NCBI GenBank assembly: GCA_016870395.1
Contig: VGBT01000002.1
Coordinates: 69,680 to 133,679, forward strand
DNA from: Actinomycetota bacterium
Lineage (GTDB): Bacteria; Actinomycetota; Acidimicrobiia; IMCC26256; JAENVU01
DNA length: 64,000 nt
Direction: 5' to 3'
Shown: piece after piece, positions 34,705 to 43,096 of the stretch
How the letters are laid out: every line of letters starts with the position of its first letter
How positions within the stretch are numbered: the stretch's first letter is position 1
Notes under the pieces: model-generated
The model's database searches: none
Told to the model about the DNA's origin: nothing
Seen by the model: the letters and a program-made list of their open reading frames with translations, nothing else
Translations under genes and position numbers: made by a program

Positions 34705-34871
34705 CCGTCGTCCCCGGGCGCCAGGGTGCGCTCGGCACGCCGGATCCGCGCTCGCAAGCGCGCCCAGTACCCGCCGAGCACGGCCGCCGTGAGCCCCCAG
34801 CCCCCGATCACGTAGGGCCACGCGTGGGCGTCGGCTGCCCGAGCCGCGGCGAGCAGGCCGGCGACGCTCAC
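34701..34871 (-). CDS. ccmD: Heme exporter protein CcmD (56 aa; absent from the supplied ORF track)
   Basis: My own translation of the minus strand is VSVAGLLAAARAADAHAWPYVIGGWGLTAAVLGGYWARLRARIRRAERTLAPGDDG*. It has one TM helix followed by an Arg-rich tail, as in CcmD. GTG 34871 overlaps the ccmC TGA, and its own TGA overlaps the ccmE GTG. Confidence 0.7.
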   Translation of the reverse strand: MSVAGLLAAARAADAHAWPYVIGGWGLTAAVLGGYWARLRARIRRAERTLAPGDDG

Positions 34872-35644
34872 GGCGTCACCCCGGCCACCGCGTCACCCGT
34901 GCGCTCTCGGATCGCCTGCTCGAGCTCGCGCTCGGCCTGACCCTCCTCGAGCACCGCCAGTCGGTAGCGCCGATCGAGCAGGTACAGGTACAGCAGCGTG
35001 AACGCGATCACCGCGATCCACAGCGTCAGCGCCTGCACCCCCTCGATCTTGGCCGACAGCTCGGGGTTGAAGACGGTCGCCTTCTGATGGAGCGTCCGCC
35101 ACCACTCCACCGAGAAGTGAACGATCGGTACGTCGACGAACGCGATCAGCGCGGCAATCGCGTTGCGCTTGCCCGCCGCCTCCGGCTCGCCGGGGATACG
35201 CCGCAGCGACAGGTAGCCCAGGTAGAGGAAGAAGAGCACGGCCGTGGTGACAAGGCGAGCGTCCCAGGCCCACCACACGCCCCAGATCGGCCGACCCCAC
35301 AGCGCGCCGACCACGAGGGTGAGGCCCGTGAAGATCACGCCGAGCTCGGCCGAGGCGCCCGCGACGCGGTCCCAGACCATCGAGCGGGTGCGACGCCAGA
35401 GGAACAGCACGGATGCGACGGCAGTCACGAAGAACGCGAGGTACGCGAGCCACGCCGACGGGACGTGGAGATACAGGAGGCGCATCGCCTCGCCCTGGCG
35501 GTCGTCGGGTGGTGCCCCCCAGAGTCCGAGGAGCGCGAGCGCAGCCAGCGCGACCAGCGCGACGGCGCCGATGGCGTGCCGGACGCCAGGCGCAAGCAGC
35601 TGGCCCGGGGTGTCGGTCGGTTCCTCGATGTTGAGCCGGTTCAA
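34868..35644 (-). CDS. ccmC: Heme exporter / heme-handling protein CcmC
   Basis: The WWD motif WGVWWAWDARL and conserved His residues (LYLHVPSAW, IVHFSVEWW) are present. I favour TTG 35644, which overlaps the ccmB TGA (TTGA) like the other junctions. The track ATG 35731 would overlap ccmB by 90 nt. Confidence 0.8.
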   Translation of the reverse strand: MNRLNIEEPTDTPGQLLAPGVRHAIGAVALVALAALALLGLWGAPPDDRQGEAMRLLYLHVPSAWLAYLAFFVTAVASVLFLWRRTRSMVWDRVAGASAELGVIFTGLTLVVGALWGRPIWGVWWAWDARLVTTAVLFFLYLGYLSLRRIPGEPEAAGKRNAIAALIAFVDVPIVHFSVEWWRTLHQKATVFNPELSAKIEGVQALTLWIAVIAFTLLYLYLLDRRYRLAVLEEGQAERELEQAIRERTGDAVAGVTP

Positions 35645-36315
35645 TCGTTCTCCCAGAGCGAGCCGAAGGCGAGCACGCCGATCCCCGTGTAGAGCACGCC
35701 GAAGATCCAGAGCAGCGCGACCCAGGGCCACGCGTCGCCCGGAGCTCCGGCCAAGCCGTCCTCGAAGGCCCTGGTCGCACCCAGCATCACCGGCGCGAGC
35801 ACTGGCAGCACCAGCAGCGGTAGCAGCGTCTCACGCAGCCTGAGCCCGGCCGCGAGCACGCCGTAGAGGGTACCGGTGGCGGCCACGCCGACGGTCGCGG
35901 CCAGCGCGGCCAGCACCAGGACGCCCAGGCCGTGGACCTCGACGTCGTAGAGGACGACCACGCCCAGGCCGAGCACCAGCTCCAGGCCCAGCAGCTCGGT
36001 CGCGATCGCCCCGGACTTGCCGAGGAAGACCGCGGCCCCGTCGAGCCCGGCGAGCCGCAGGCCGTCACGGGCGTTGGACTGCGTCTCGACGGCGAAGGAC
36101 CGGCCCACCGCGAGCAGCGCGGCCAGGAGCACCGCGATCCAGAACAGGCCGGGTGCTACGCGGGCCAGCACGCCGCGGTCGGGGTCGAGCGCGAACGCGA
36201 ACAGAAGCACCACCACGATGCCGAAGGGCAGAATCTGGGCCAGGGCAACACGCGAGCGGGCCTCGATCCGCAGGTCCTTGCCCGCCACGAGCAACGCCTC
36301 CCGCCAGAGGCTCAT
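35641..36315 (-). CDS. ccmB: Heme exporter permease CcmB
   Basis: From ATG 36315 (MSLWREALLVAGKDLRIEARSR...), which overlaps the ccmA TGA (ATGA), the protein is 224 aa with 6 predicted TM-like hydrophobic stretches. The rest of the 620-aa track ORF is shadow. Confidence 0.8.
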   Translation of the reverse strand: MSLWREALLVAGKDLRIEARSRVALAQILPFGIVVVLLFAFALDPDRGVLARVAPGLFWIAVLLAALLAVGRSFAVETQSNARDGLRLAGLDGAAVFLGKSGAIATELLGLELVLGLGVVVLYDVEVHGLGVLVLAALAATVGVAATGTLYGVLAAGLRLRETLLPLLVLPVLAPVMLGATRAFEDGLAGAPGDAWPWVALLWIFGVLYTGIGVLAFGSLWEND

Positions 36316-37001
36316 CGACCCTGCACCTCCTGGTCTGGTCGGTTCGCCGCGCGCGCCTCTGCGGCCGTGATCGCGTGGGCGCGACCGGCCTCGATCCGGA
36401 CCTCTCGCGTCGCCAGGGCCCGCGCGAGCTCCAGCTCGTGCGAGGCCATGACGACCGTCCGCCCCTCGGCCGGGGCTGCCGCGACGACCTCGTGCAGCAC
36501 CGCGCGCCCCGCCTCGTCGAGACCGGCGTGCGGCTCGTCGAGCAGCAGCAGCTCGGGCTCGCGCACCAGGGCGTTGGCGAGCGCGAGGCGCCGGCGCTGG
36601 CCGGCCGAGAGCCGGGCGTGCGTGACGTCTGACAGCGCGGCGAGTCCCAGCCGGTCCGTCACCGCGTCGATCTCGTCGCCGTCCCGCCCCGAGGCGCGCG
36701 CTGTGAATCGCAGGTTCTCGCGCACGGTGAGGTCGTCGTAGCAGAACGTCTCGTGACCGACGAGTGCGAGTCGGCGCCGCGGCGAGCGGCGGTCGGAGAA
36801 CAGATCGGAGCCCAGCACCTCGGCCTCGCCCGAGTGTGCGGGCACCAACCCGGCGAGCATGCGCAGCAACGTCGTCTTGCCCGCGCCGTTGGGGCCGCTG
36901 CACAGCAGCACCTCCCCTGCCTCGACGTCGAGGTCGAGCCCGGCCAGGGCGGGGAACCGACCGAAAAGGCAGACCACGGAACGACATCGGACGAGCGGCA
37001 C
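36312..37001 (-). CDS. ccmA: Heme ABC exporter ATP-binding protein CcmA
   Basis: Walker A GPNGAGKTTLLR, the signature LSAGQRRRLALA and Walker B LLLLDEP are present. GTG 37001 is preceded by GGAGG (5-nt spacer) and gives a typical length of about 229 aa. An alternative start is ATG 37094. Confidence 0.85.
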   Translation of the reverse strand: MPLVRCRSVVCLFGRFPALAGLDLDVEAGEVLLCSGPNGAGKTTLLRMLAGLVPAHSGEAEVLGSDLFSDRRSPRRRLALVGHETFCYDDLTVRENLRFTARASGRDGDEIDAVTDRLGLAALSDVTHARLSAGQRRRLALANALVREPELLLLDEPHAGLDEAGRAVLHEVVAAAPAEGRTVVMASHELELARALATREVRIEAGRAHAITAAEARAANRPDQEVQGR

Positions 37002-37146
37002 GGGAGCCTCCGGGGCCCACGGTCGGGACCGGACCAGGGCCAACGAGCCTACGATCGACCCCGTGACCCGGGCGAACCGGGTCCGGGACCGCATCTCCCC
37101 GCCCTGTGGGCATCAGGCGCGAGACAGGCCGTACGATCACCCGCAG

Positions 37147-38001
37147 ATGCAAAGGGTCATCAGCGGCGCCGGCCGCTTCTTCGTCACCGGCGGGATCCTC
37201 ATCCTCCTGTTCGTTGCCTACCAGTTGTGGGGCACGGGCTTTTACACGGCGCGCGAGCAGGACGCGCTCAAGGCCGACTTCACAGCGGAGCTGCGCGACG
37301 CCATGACCACGACGACCACCGCCGGGATCCCACCACCCCCGCCCCCGTCGGGCGAGGCGATCGCGATCATCCGGATCCCCAAGATCGGCCTCGACAGCGC
37401 CGTCGTGCAGGGCGTGACCATCCCGGACCTCCGCAAGGGCCCTGGTCACTACCCCGACTCGCCGTTGCCGGGCCAGCTCGGCAACGCCGCGATCGCCGGC
37501 CACCGGACGACCTACGGGGCCCCGTTCAACCGCATCGACGAGCTCGCCGTGGACGATCCCATTGTGGTGCGGACGCTCGAGGGCACCTTTACCTACAAGG
37601 TCACGGAGCAGCTCGTGGTGACCAAGCGCGACGTCTACGTGCTCGATCCGACGCCGACACCGACGCTAACCCTGACCACCTGCCATCCGAAATTCTCGGC
37701 GGCGCAGCGGCTGATCGTCAAGGCGTCCCTCGAAAACGATCGCAGCGCCGAGCCCACGAAGCCGCGCCCGGTCGCGGTGGCGAGTCGGACCGATCGCGAC
37801 AAGGGGCTCTCCGGCGAGGAGTCGGAGCGGCTGCCGACGCTGGGGTGGGCCTTGGCCGTGGCGTTCGTGGGTGCGCTGTGGTGGCTCGTGTTCCACCGGT
37901 ACCACCGCTGGACGACGTGGCTGATGGGCGCGATCCCGTTCGCGGTCGTGCTCCTCGGCCTCTATTTCCACCTCGAGCGCATGCTCCCCTCCAGCTACTA
38001 G
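37147..38001 (+). CDS. Class E sortase (membrane-anchored transpeptidase)
   Basis: From ATG 37147 it has an N-terminal TM helix, ...GNAAIAGHRTTYGAPF (the catalytic His region), TLTLTTCHP (the TLxTC Cys) and C-terminal TM helices. Divergent from ccmA. Confidence 0.85.
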   Translation: MQRVISGAGRFFVTGGILILLFVAYQLWGTGFYTAREQDALKADFTAELRDAMTTTTTAGIPPPPPPSGEAIAIIRIPKIGLDSAVVQGVTIPDLRKGPGHYPDSPLPGQLGNAAIAGHRTTYGAPFNRIDELAVDDPIVVRTLEGTFTYKVTEQLVVTKRDVYVLDPTPTPTLTLTTCHPKFSAAQRLIVKASLENDRSAEPTKPRPVAVASRTDRDKGLSGEESERLPTLGWALAVAFVGALWWLVFHRYHRWTTWLMGAIPFAVVLLGLYFHLERMLPSSY

Positions 38002-38022
38002 GCCTACGGATCCCGGGGCGGT

Positions 38023-38041
38023 CGCTAGCAGATACGCTAGC
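38023..38041 (+). promoter_or_regulatory. Direct repeat of the palindromic heptamer CGCTAGC (x2) abutting the XRE gene start (candidate operator)
   Basis: CGCTAGC occurs at 38023-38029 and again at 38035-38041, each containing the palindrome GCTAGC. The second copy ends 3 nt before ATG 38045. Confidence 0.3.
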
Positions 38042-38044
38042 GGC

Positions 38045-38359
38045 ATGTCGATCGCGGCCGCTCTCTGCTTCGAGGCCCGTTCCCGGGCCGGATTGAGCCA
38101 GCGCGAGGTGGCGTCTCGTGCGGGCGTCGCCGCGTCGACGATCGCGAGGGTGGAGCGGGGCCGGATGGACCCGACCACCGGGCTCCTGGTCCGGATCGTC
38201 CACGCCTGCGGGCACGATCTGTGTATCCGGCTCGACCCCGAACCCAGCGATCAGCTCGACCGTGCCGTCACCGCGTCGCTGTCGATCGAGGAGCGGTTCG
38301 CCCAGGTGCACGCACTCGACGAGTTCCGCAGGGCCGTGTGCGATGCCGCCCGAACCTGA
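38045..38359 (+). CDS. XRE-family helix-turn-helix protein (antitoxin-like)
   Basis: RSRAGLSQREVASRAGVAASTIARVERGRMDPT is a classic XRE HTH. The protein is 104 aa. Its 3' end overlaps the next gene by 17 nt. Confidence 0.75.
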   Translation: MSIAAALCFEARSRAGLSQREVASRAGVAASTIARVERGRMDPTTGLLVRIVHACGHDLCIRLDPEPSDQLDRAVTASLSIEERFAQVHALDEFRRAVCDAART

Positions 38360-38906
38360 GGCACCCCGCTGGACCTCCGCCGCCCGCCCGCTGGACCCGG
38401 CACGCATCGTTCGCACTCTCGATCGCCATGGCGTAGCCTACGTCCTCATCGGCGGGCTCGCGGCGGTCGTGCACGGCTATCAGGGCGCCACCTTCGACGC
38501 CGATCTCGTGCCCGCACTCGACGAGGCGAACCTCGCAGGCCTGGCGGCAGCGCTCGAGGAGCTGCACGCAACGGTGTTCGCGAATCCGGCTCGCACCGAC
38601 CTCGGCGTTGGCGGTGCACCTCCCGAGGCCGCCGACTTCGCCTTCGATCCCCAGGCCCTACGACGTCACCTCGACTGGCACCTCTCGACCGACGCCGGCC
38701 TCGTCGACGTGTCGCTGGTCGTCGATCGCATCGGAGGATTCGACGAGCTCGAGGCCGAGGCCACCCAGGTCGCGGTTCATGGCGTGCAGCTACGGGTCGC
38801 CTCGCTGGACCACCTCATCGAGTCCAAGGCCGCGGCCGGTCGCCCCAAGGACCTTCGCGCCCTCCCGGAGCTACGGGCCCTGCGCGACGAACGCGGCGAC
38901 CGGTAG
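38343..38906 (+). CDS. Nucleotidyltransferase-fold protein (putative toxin partner of the XRE protein)
   Basis: From ATG 38343, LDRHGVAYVLIGGLAAVVHGYQGATFDADLVPALDEANL... has a G[GS]-x(n)-D-x-D-like pattern typical of minimal NTase/AbiEii-like proteins. The C-terminus is ...SLDHLIESKAAAGRPKDL. Confidence 0.55.
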   Translation: MPPEPEAPRWTSAARPLDPARIVRTLDRHGVAYVLIGGLAAVVHGYQGATFDADLVPALDEANLAGLAAALEELHATVFANPARTDLGVGGAPPEAADFAFDPQALRRHLDWHLSTDAGLVDVSLVVDRIGGFDELEAEATQVAVHGVQLRVASLDHLIESKAAAGRPKDLRALPELRALRDERGDR

Positions 38907-38917
38907 GCGGGTTCGCC

Positions 38918-39712
38918 TCAGTTGCCTCCGAACACGGGCGGGCGCTTCTCGGCAAACGCGGCCAGGCCCTCCTGGAGGTCGTCGCTCGCGAACGCCGCCG
39001 CCTCGAGGGCGCCGACCTCGGCGAGCGCGGCGTCGCCGAGCGCGCCCTGTGCCATCACCAGGTTGAGGGCGCGCTTGTGGCCCTGCACCGTCAGGGGCGC
39101 GAGACCGGCCAGCTCCTCGGCGAGCGAGAGGCCGACGACGCGCGCGTCGCGTCCGCGACGGTGGACGATCCCGAGTCGGTCGGCGTCGTCGATGGTGAGC
39201 GCGCGGCCGGTCATCAGGAGATCGCGCGCTGCCGCGTGCCCGATGAGCAGCGCGAGTCGACGCACGTTCGCGGCGCTGAGCACCACACCGAGCCTCGCGG
39301 CCGGGATTCCGAAAGTCGCCGACTCGGACGCGACCCGGAGGTCGCAGGCGACCGCGAGCTGCATGCCGGCACCGAGCGCAGGGCCGTTGACCGCCGCGAT
39401 CACCGGGGCCGGATGGTTGACGATCGCGTCGAGCAGGCGCTCGAACGAGGGCCGGAAGGTGTCCCCACCGCCGTGCTCCAGCCCACCGGCACCGGGCTCT
39501 GTGTCGGCGCTGCGCCGAGCGAGGTCGGCACCCGCGCAGAAGGCCTTGCCCTCACCGGTGATGACCAGGGCGCGTAGCCCGCGAGCCGACTCGAGGCGCG
39601 ATCGCAGCTCGTCGCAGAGCTCCGCGGTCAGCGCGTTGCGGCGCTCCTGACGGTCGATGACCGCCAGCCCGACGTGCTCGGCCGGCTGCTCCCACTGGAC
39701 GTGCGCCGTCAT
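38918..39712 (-). CDS. Enoyl-CoA hydratase/isomerase family protein
   Basis: ERRNALTAEL...ALVITGEGKAFCAGADL, PVIAAVNGPALGAGMQLAVACDLRVA and an ...E..AF.EKR tail match the crotonase fold. Confidence 0.85.
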   Translation of the reverse strand: MTAHVQWEQPAEHVGLAVIDRQERRNALTAELCDELRSRLESARGLRALVITGEGKAFCAGADLARRSADTEPGAGGLEHGGGDTFRPSFERLLDAIVNHPAPVIAAVNGPALGAGMQLAVACDLRVASESATFGIPAARLGVVLSAANVRRLALLIGHAAARDLLMTGRALTIDDADRLGIVHRRGRDARVVGLSLAEELAGLAPLTVQGHKRALNLVMAQGALGDAALAEVGALEAAAFASDDLQEGLAAFAEKRPPVFGGN

Positions 39713-39736
39713 TGCGCTGCGCAGCCCGGACGCCGC

Positions 39737-39955
39737 TCAGGACTCGTCGATGATCGCGAGCAGGTCGCCCTCCTGGACGACCTGCTCCGGCTCGACGTGG
39801 AGCTCGCGCACGATCCCGGGCACCTCGGTGACCACCGGGATCTCCATCTTCATCGACTCGAGGATGCAGATCTCGTCTCCCTCGGCGATCGCCTGCCCTA
39901 CCTCGCAACGGACCTGCCACACGTTGGCGGTGATCTCCGCCCGAATCTCGGCCAT
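39737..39955 (-). CDS. Small biotinyl-domain protein (TB7.3/Rv3221c-like biotin carboxyl carrier-type protein)
   Basis: 72 aa: MAEIRAEITANVWQV...GDEICILESMKMEIPVVTE...GDLLAIIDES. It carries the E-x-MKM biotinylation motif and resembles the 7-kDa biotinylated protein of M. tuberculosis as I recall it. Confidence 0.85.
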   Translation of the reverse strand: MAEIRAEITANVWQVRCEVGQAIAEGDEICILESMKMEIPVVTEVPGIVRELHVEPEQVVQEGDLLAIIDES

Positions 39956-40052
39956 CGACGGAGGCTAACGGTTGGGAGAACCGCCCGATGGAACCGCGCC
40001 CCGCCCCCGCGACGCTCGGTGCTGCGCCCGCCCGGCCAATAGCCTCGACAAG

Positions 40053-41411
40053 ATGACGACCATCGAACGCGCGCGGCTCGCCGCGCTCCATGTCCGGGAG
40101 GACGAGGCGTTCGCGGCGAGCCACCCGCGCTCGCACGCGCTCACCGAGCGCGCGGCGCACACGCTCCTGGGTGGCGTTCCGATGAACTGGATGGCCCGGT
40201 GGCCCGGCCGGTTCCCGCTGTTCGCGGCCGAGGCGCACGGCGCCCGGGTCGTCGACGTCGACGGCCACGCCTATGTCGACCTCTGCCTCGGTGACACCGG
40301 CGCGATGACCGGCCATTCGCCGGCGCCCACCGTCGCGGCGATCACGGCGCAGGCAGGCCGCGGGATCTCGATGATGCTCCCCACCGAGGATGCCGCGTTC
40401 GTGGGCGAGGAGCTGACCCGCCGGTTCGGACTCGACCGCTGGCAGATCGCGTCGAGCGCGACCGACGCCAACCGGTTCGCGCTCCGCGTCGCCCGGCAGG
40501 CGACGGGTCGCCGGAAGGTCCTGGTGTTCGACTGGTGCTACCACGGCACCGTCGACGAGACGCTCGTCACGCTCGACACGTCCGGGGCCGTCGTCGCACG
40601 TGAAGGCCACGTGGGTGCGCCGGTCGATCCCGCGCACACCACCAAGGTGGTGCCCTGGAACGACGTCGACGCGCTGGCCGCAGCGCTCGGCCCCGAAGAC
40701 GTCGCGTGCGTGCTCGCAGAGCCGGCGATGACCAACATCGGGATCATCCATCCCGACCCGGGGTTCCACGAGGCGCTGCGCGAGCTCACCCGCCGCACCG
40801 GCACGTTGCTGGTGATCGACGAGACGCACACGATCTGTACGGGTCCCGGCGGCTACACGCGCACGCACGGGCTCGAACCGGACCTGCTGACCATCGGCAA
40901 GCCGATCGCGGGCGGCATCCCGGGCGCCGCCTACGGCATGACCGCCGCTGTCGCCGAGCGGGTGGAAGGTCCGGCGACGGGCGACACCGGCGACGTGAGC
41001 GGGATCGGCGGCACGCTCGCCGGGAACGCGCTGGCGCTCGCGTCGATGCGGGTGACGCTGGGCGCGGTGCTCACCGACGAGGCGTTCGCCAGGATGCTCC
41101 CGCTCGGCGAGCGCTGGGCGGCCGGCGTGCAGTCGGTGATCCACGAGCTCCGGCTGCCGTGGAGCGTGACCCGCCTCGGCGCCCGCGCCGAGTACTGGTT
41201 CCTACCGGAGCGGCCGCGGCACGGCGCCGAGGCCGCGGCCGGTGTCGACCACGCGCTCGACGCGTTCATGCACCTCTACGCGCTGAACCGCGGGATCCTG
41301 CTCACGCCGTTCCACAACATGGCGCTGATGTCGCCGGCGACGACGGAAGCCGACGTCGACCGCCACACCGAGGTCTTCGCCGAGGCAGTCGCCGAGCTCC
41401 TCGCCCCCTGA
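40053..41411 (+). CDS. Class III (glutamate-1-semialdehyde aminomutase-like) PLP aminotransferase
   Basis: From ATG 40053, motifs are GGVPMNWM, DLCLGDTGAMTGHSP, SATDANRFALRVAR, VIDETHT and the Lys context LTIGKPIAGGIPG. Confidence 0.8.
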   Translation: MTTIERARLAALHVREDEAFAASHPRSHALTERAAHTLLGGVPMNWMARWPGRFPLFAAEAHGARVVDVDGHAYVDLCLGDTGAMTGHSPAPTVAAITAQAGRGISMMLPTEDAAFVGEELTRRFGLDRWQIASSATDANRFALRVARQATGRRKVLVFDWCYHGTVDETLVTLDTSGAVVAREGHVGAPVDPAHTTKVVPWNDVDALAAALGPEDVACVLAEPAMTNIGIIHPDPGFHEALRELTRRTGTLLVIDETHTICTGPGGYTRTHGLEPDLLTIGKPIAGGIPGAAYGMTAAVAERVEGPATGDTGDVSGIGGTLAGNALALASMRVTLGAVLTDEAFARMLPLGERWAAGVQSVIHELRLPWSVTRLGARAEYWFLPERPRHGAEAAAGVDHALDAFMHLYALNRGILLTPFHNMALMSPATTEADVDRHTEVFAEAVAELLAP

Positions 41412-41433
41412 CCCCCCTCCATCCCGTTCGGGG

Positions 41434-43026
41434 TCAGACCGGGAGGACGCCGTGCTTGCGCCACGGGCGCTCGACCCGCTTGTCGCGCGCCACCTGCAGC
41501 CCACGCCAGATCGCGTGGCGGGTCTCGGCCGGGTCGATCACGTCGTCGAGCTGCGCGTGGCCGGCCGCGATGTACGGGTCGATGTTGGCCCGGATCTCCT
41601 CGGCCAGCTCAAGGCGCTTCTGCGCGCGCTCCTCCTCCGGCACCGCCTCGATCGTCTTGCGGTGGATGATGTTCACCGCGCCGTCCGGACCCATCACCGC
41701 GATCTCGGCCGTCGGCCATGCCACGATGTAGTCGGCTTCGTACGCAAGCCCGTTCATCACGAAGTACCCGGCGCCGTAGCTCTTGCGCATCACGACCGAC
41801 ACCTTCGGCACCGTCGCCTCGCTCACCGCGAAGAGCATCTTCGCCCCGTGCCGGATGATCCCCTGCTTCTCGACCGCGCTGCCCACGATGAACCCCGGCA
41901 CGTCGTGGAGGAACACGAGCGGGATGCCGAACGCGTCGCAGAGCCACACGAAGCGTGCGGCCTTGTCGGCCGCGTTCACGTCGAGCGCGCCGCCGAGCAC
42001 CATCGGCTGGTTGGCGACGATCCCCACGGGTTCCCCTCCAACGCGAGCGAGACCGGTGACGATGTTCTTGGCCCAATCGGGCTTCATGGGGAAGAACGCG
42101 CCGTCGTCGACGACGGCGTGGATCACCTTGCGGACGTCGTACGCGCGCCGCGGCGCCGTCGGCACGATGTCGTACAGCTCCTCGACCCGCCGGTCGACCG
42201 GATCGGTGCACTCCCGAACCGGTGGGCGCTCACCGTTGTGCTGGGGGAAGAACGACAGGTACTCACGCACGATGCGCAGGCACTCGGCATCGTCGGCCAC
42301 CTCGAGGTCCGCGACGCCGCTCACCTTGGTGTGGACGGCCGAGCCGCCCATCTCCTCCTCGGTGACGTCCTCACCCACCGCGGCCTTCACCAGGTGGCGA
42401 CCGCCGAGCGCCATCGACGACGTGCCCTTCACCATCGGCACGAAGTCGGCGAGGGCCGGGATGTACGCCGTGCCCGCCGCGCAGTGCCCGAGCATCGCCG
42501 CGACCATCGGCACCACGCCGCTCATCGCGACCTGCTCGCGGAACAGGTCACCGGCCCCAGCGAACGTCGAGCCGCTCGTCGCCTGGATCCGCGCGCCCGC
42601 CGAGTCGAGCAGCCACACCATCGGGATGCGCTGGCTCACCGCGAGATGCCGTAGCCGGCGGATCTTGTTCTCACCGATTGCGCCCATCGAGCCGGCCATC
42701 ACCGTGAAGTCGTACGCCGCCACGGCGACCTTCCGGCCGTCGACCTCGCCGACCCCGGTGACCGCGCCGTCGGCGGCGAGGTAGCGGTCCCCGAGGCCGG
42801 GGTCCATGTGATCGGCGAGCATCCCGTACTCCACCCACGTTCCCGGGTCGAGCAGCAGATCGAGGCGCTCGCGGACGGAGAGCTTGCCGAGCGAGCGCTG
42901 CCGCGCCACGAACTGCTCGCCGCCCATGCCGAGCGCGCGCTCCCGGCGGGCTCCGAGATCGCCGACGAGCGGGGCCCAGTCGTGGACGTCGCCGCCGCCC
43001 GTGGATCCGGTGCTGGATTCGGCCAT
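41434..43026 (-). CDS. Acyl-CoA carboxylase carboxyltransferase (beta) subunit, AccD/PccB-like
   Basis: 530 aa. GKLSVRERLDLLLDPGTW, VAAYDFTVMAGSMG, GGAYIPA-like AGTAYIPALAD and the second-half VVMRKSYGAGYFVM are typical of carboxyltransferase domains. Confidence 0.9.
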   Translation of the reverse strand: MAESSTGSTGGGDVHDWAPLVGDLGARRERALGMGGEQFVARQRSLGKLSVRERLDLLLDPGTWVEYGMLADHMDPGLGDRYLAADGAVTGVGEVDGRKVAVAAYDFTVMAGSMGAIGENKIRRLRHLAVSQRIPMVWLLDSAGARIQATSGSTFAGAGDLFREQVAMSGVVPMVAAMLGHCAAGTAYIPALADFVPMVKGTSSMALGGRHLVKAAVGEDVTEEEMGGSAVHTKVSGVADLEVADDAECLRIVREYLSFFPQHNGERPPVRECTDPVDRRVEELYDIVPTAPRRAYDVRKVIHAVVDDGAFFPMKPDWAKNIVTGLARVGGEPVGIVANQPMVLGGALDVNAADKAARFVWLCDAFGIPLVFLHDVPGFIVGSAVEKQGIIRHGAKMLFAVSEATVPKVSVVMRKSYGAGYFVMNGLAYEADYIVAWPTAEIAVMGPDGAVNIIHRKTIEAVPEEERAQKRLELAEEIRANIDPYIAAGHAQLDDVIDPAETRHAIWRGLQVARDKRVERPWRKHGVLPV

Positions 43027-43096
43027 AGGGTCGTCATGCTTTCACGCGCCGTACGGGGAGACTCCGTAGACAGCACCCGTCCGCAGCCTGTAGCCC

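Noticed and set aside
36316-37503. Upstream 396 codons of the 620-aa ORF 35641-37503, and the 528-aa reading of 16446-18032
   Set aside because: Only the last 224 codons (ccmB) and the last roughly 290 codons (C-terminal part of the GH26-like gene), respectively, give protein-like text. The rest overlaps better-supported genes in other frames.
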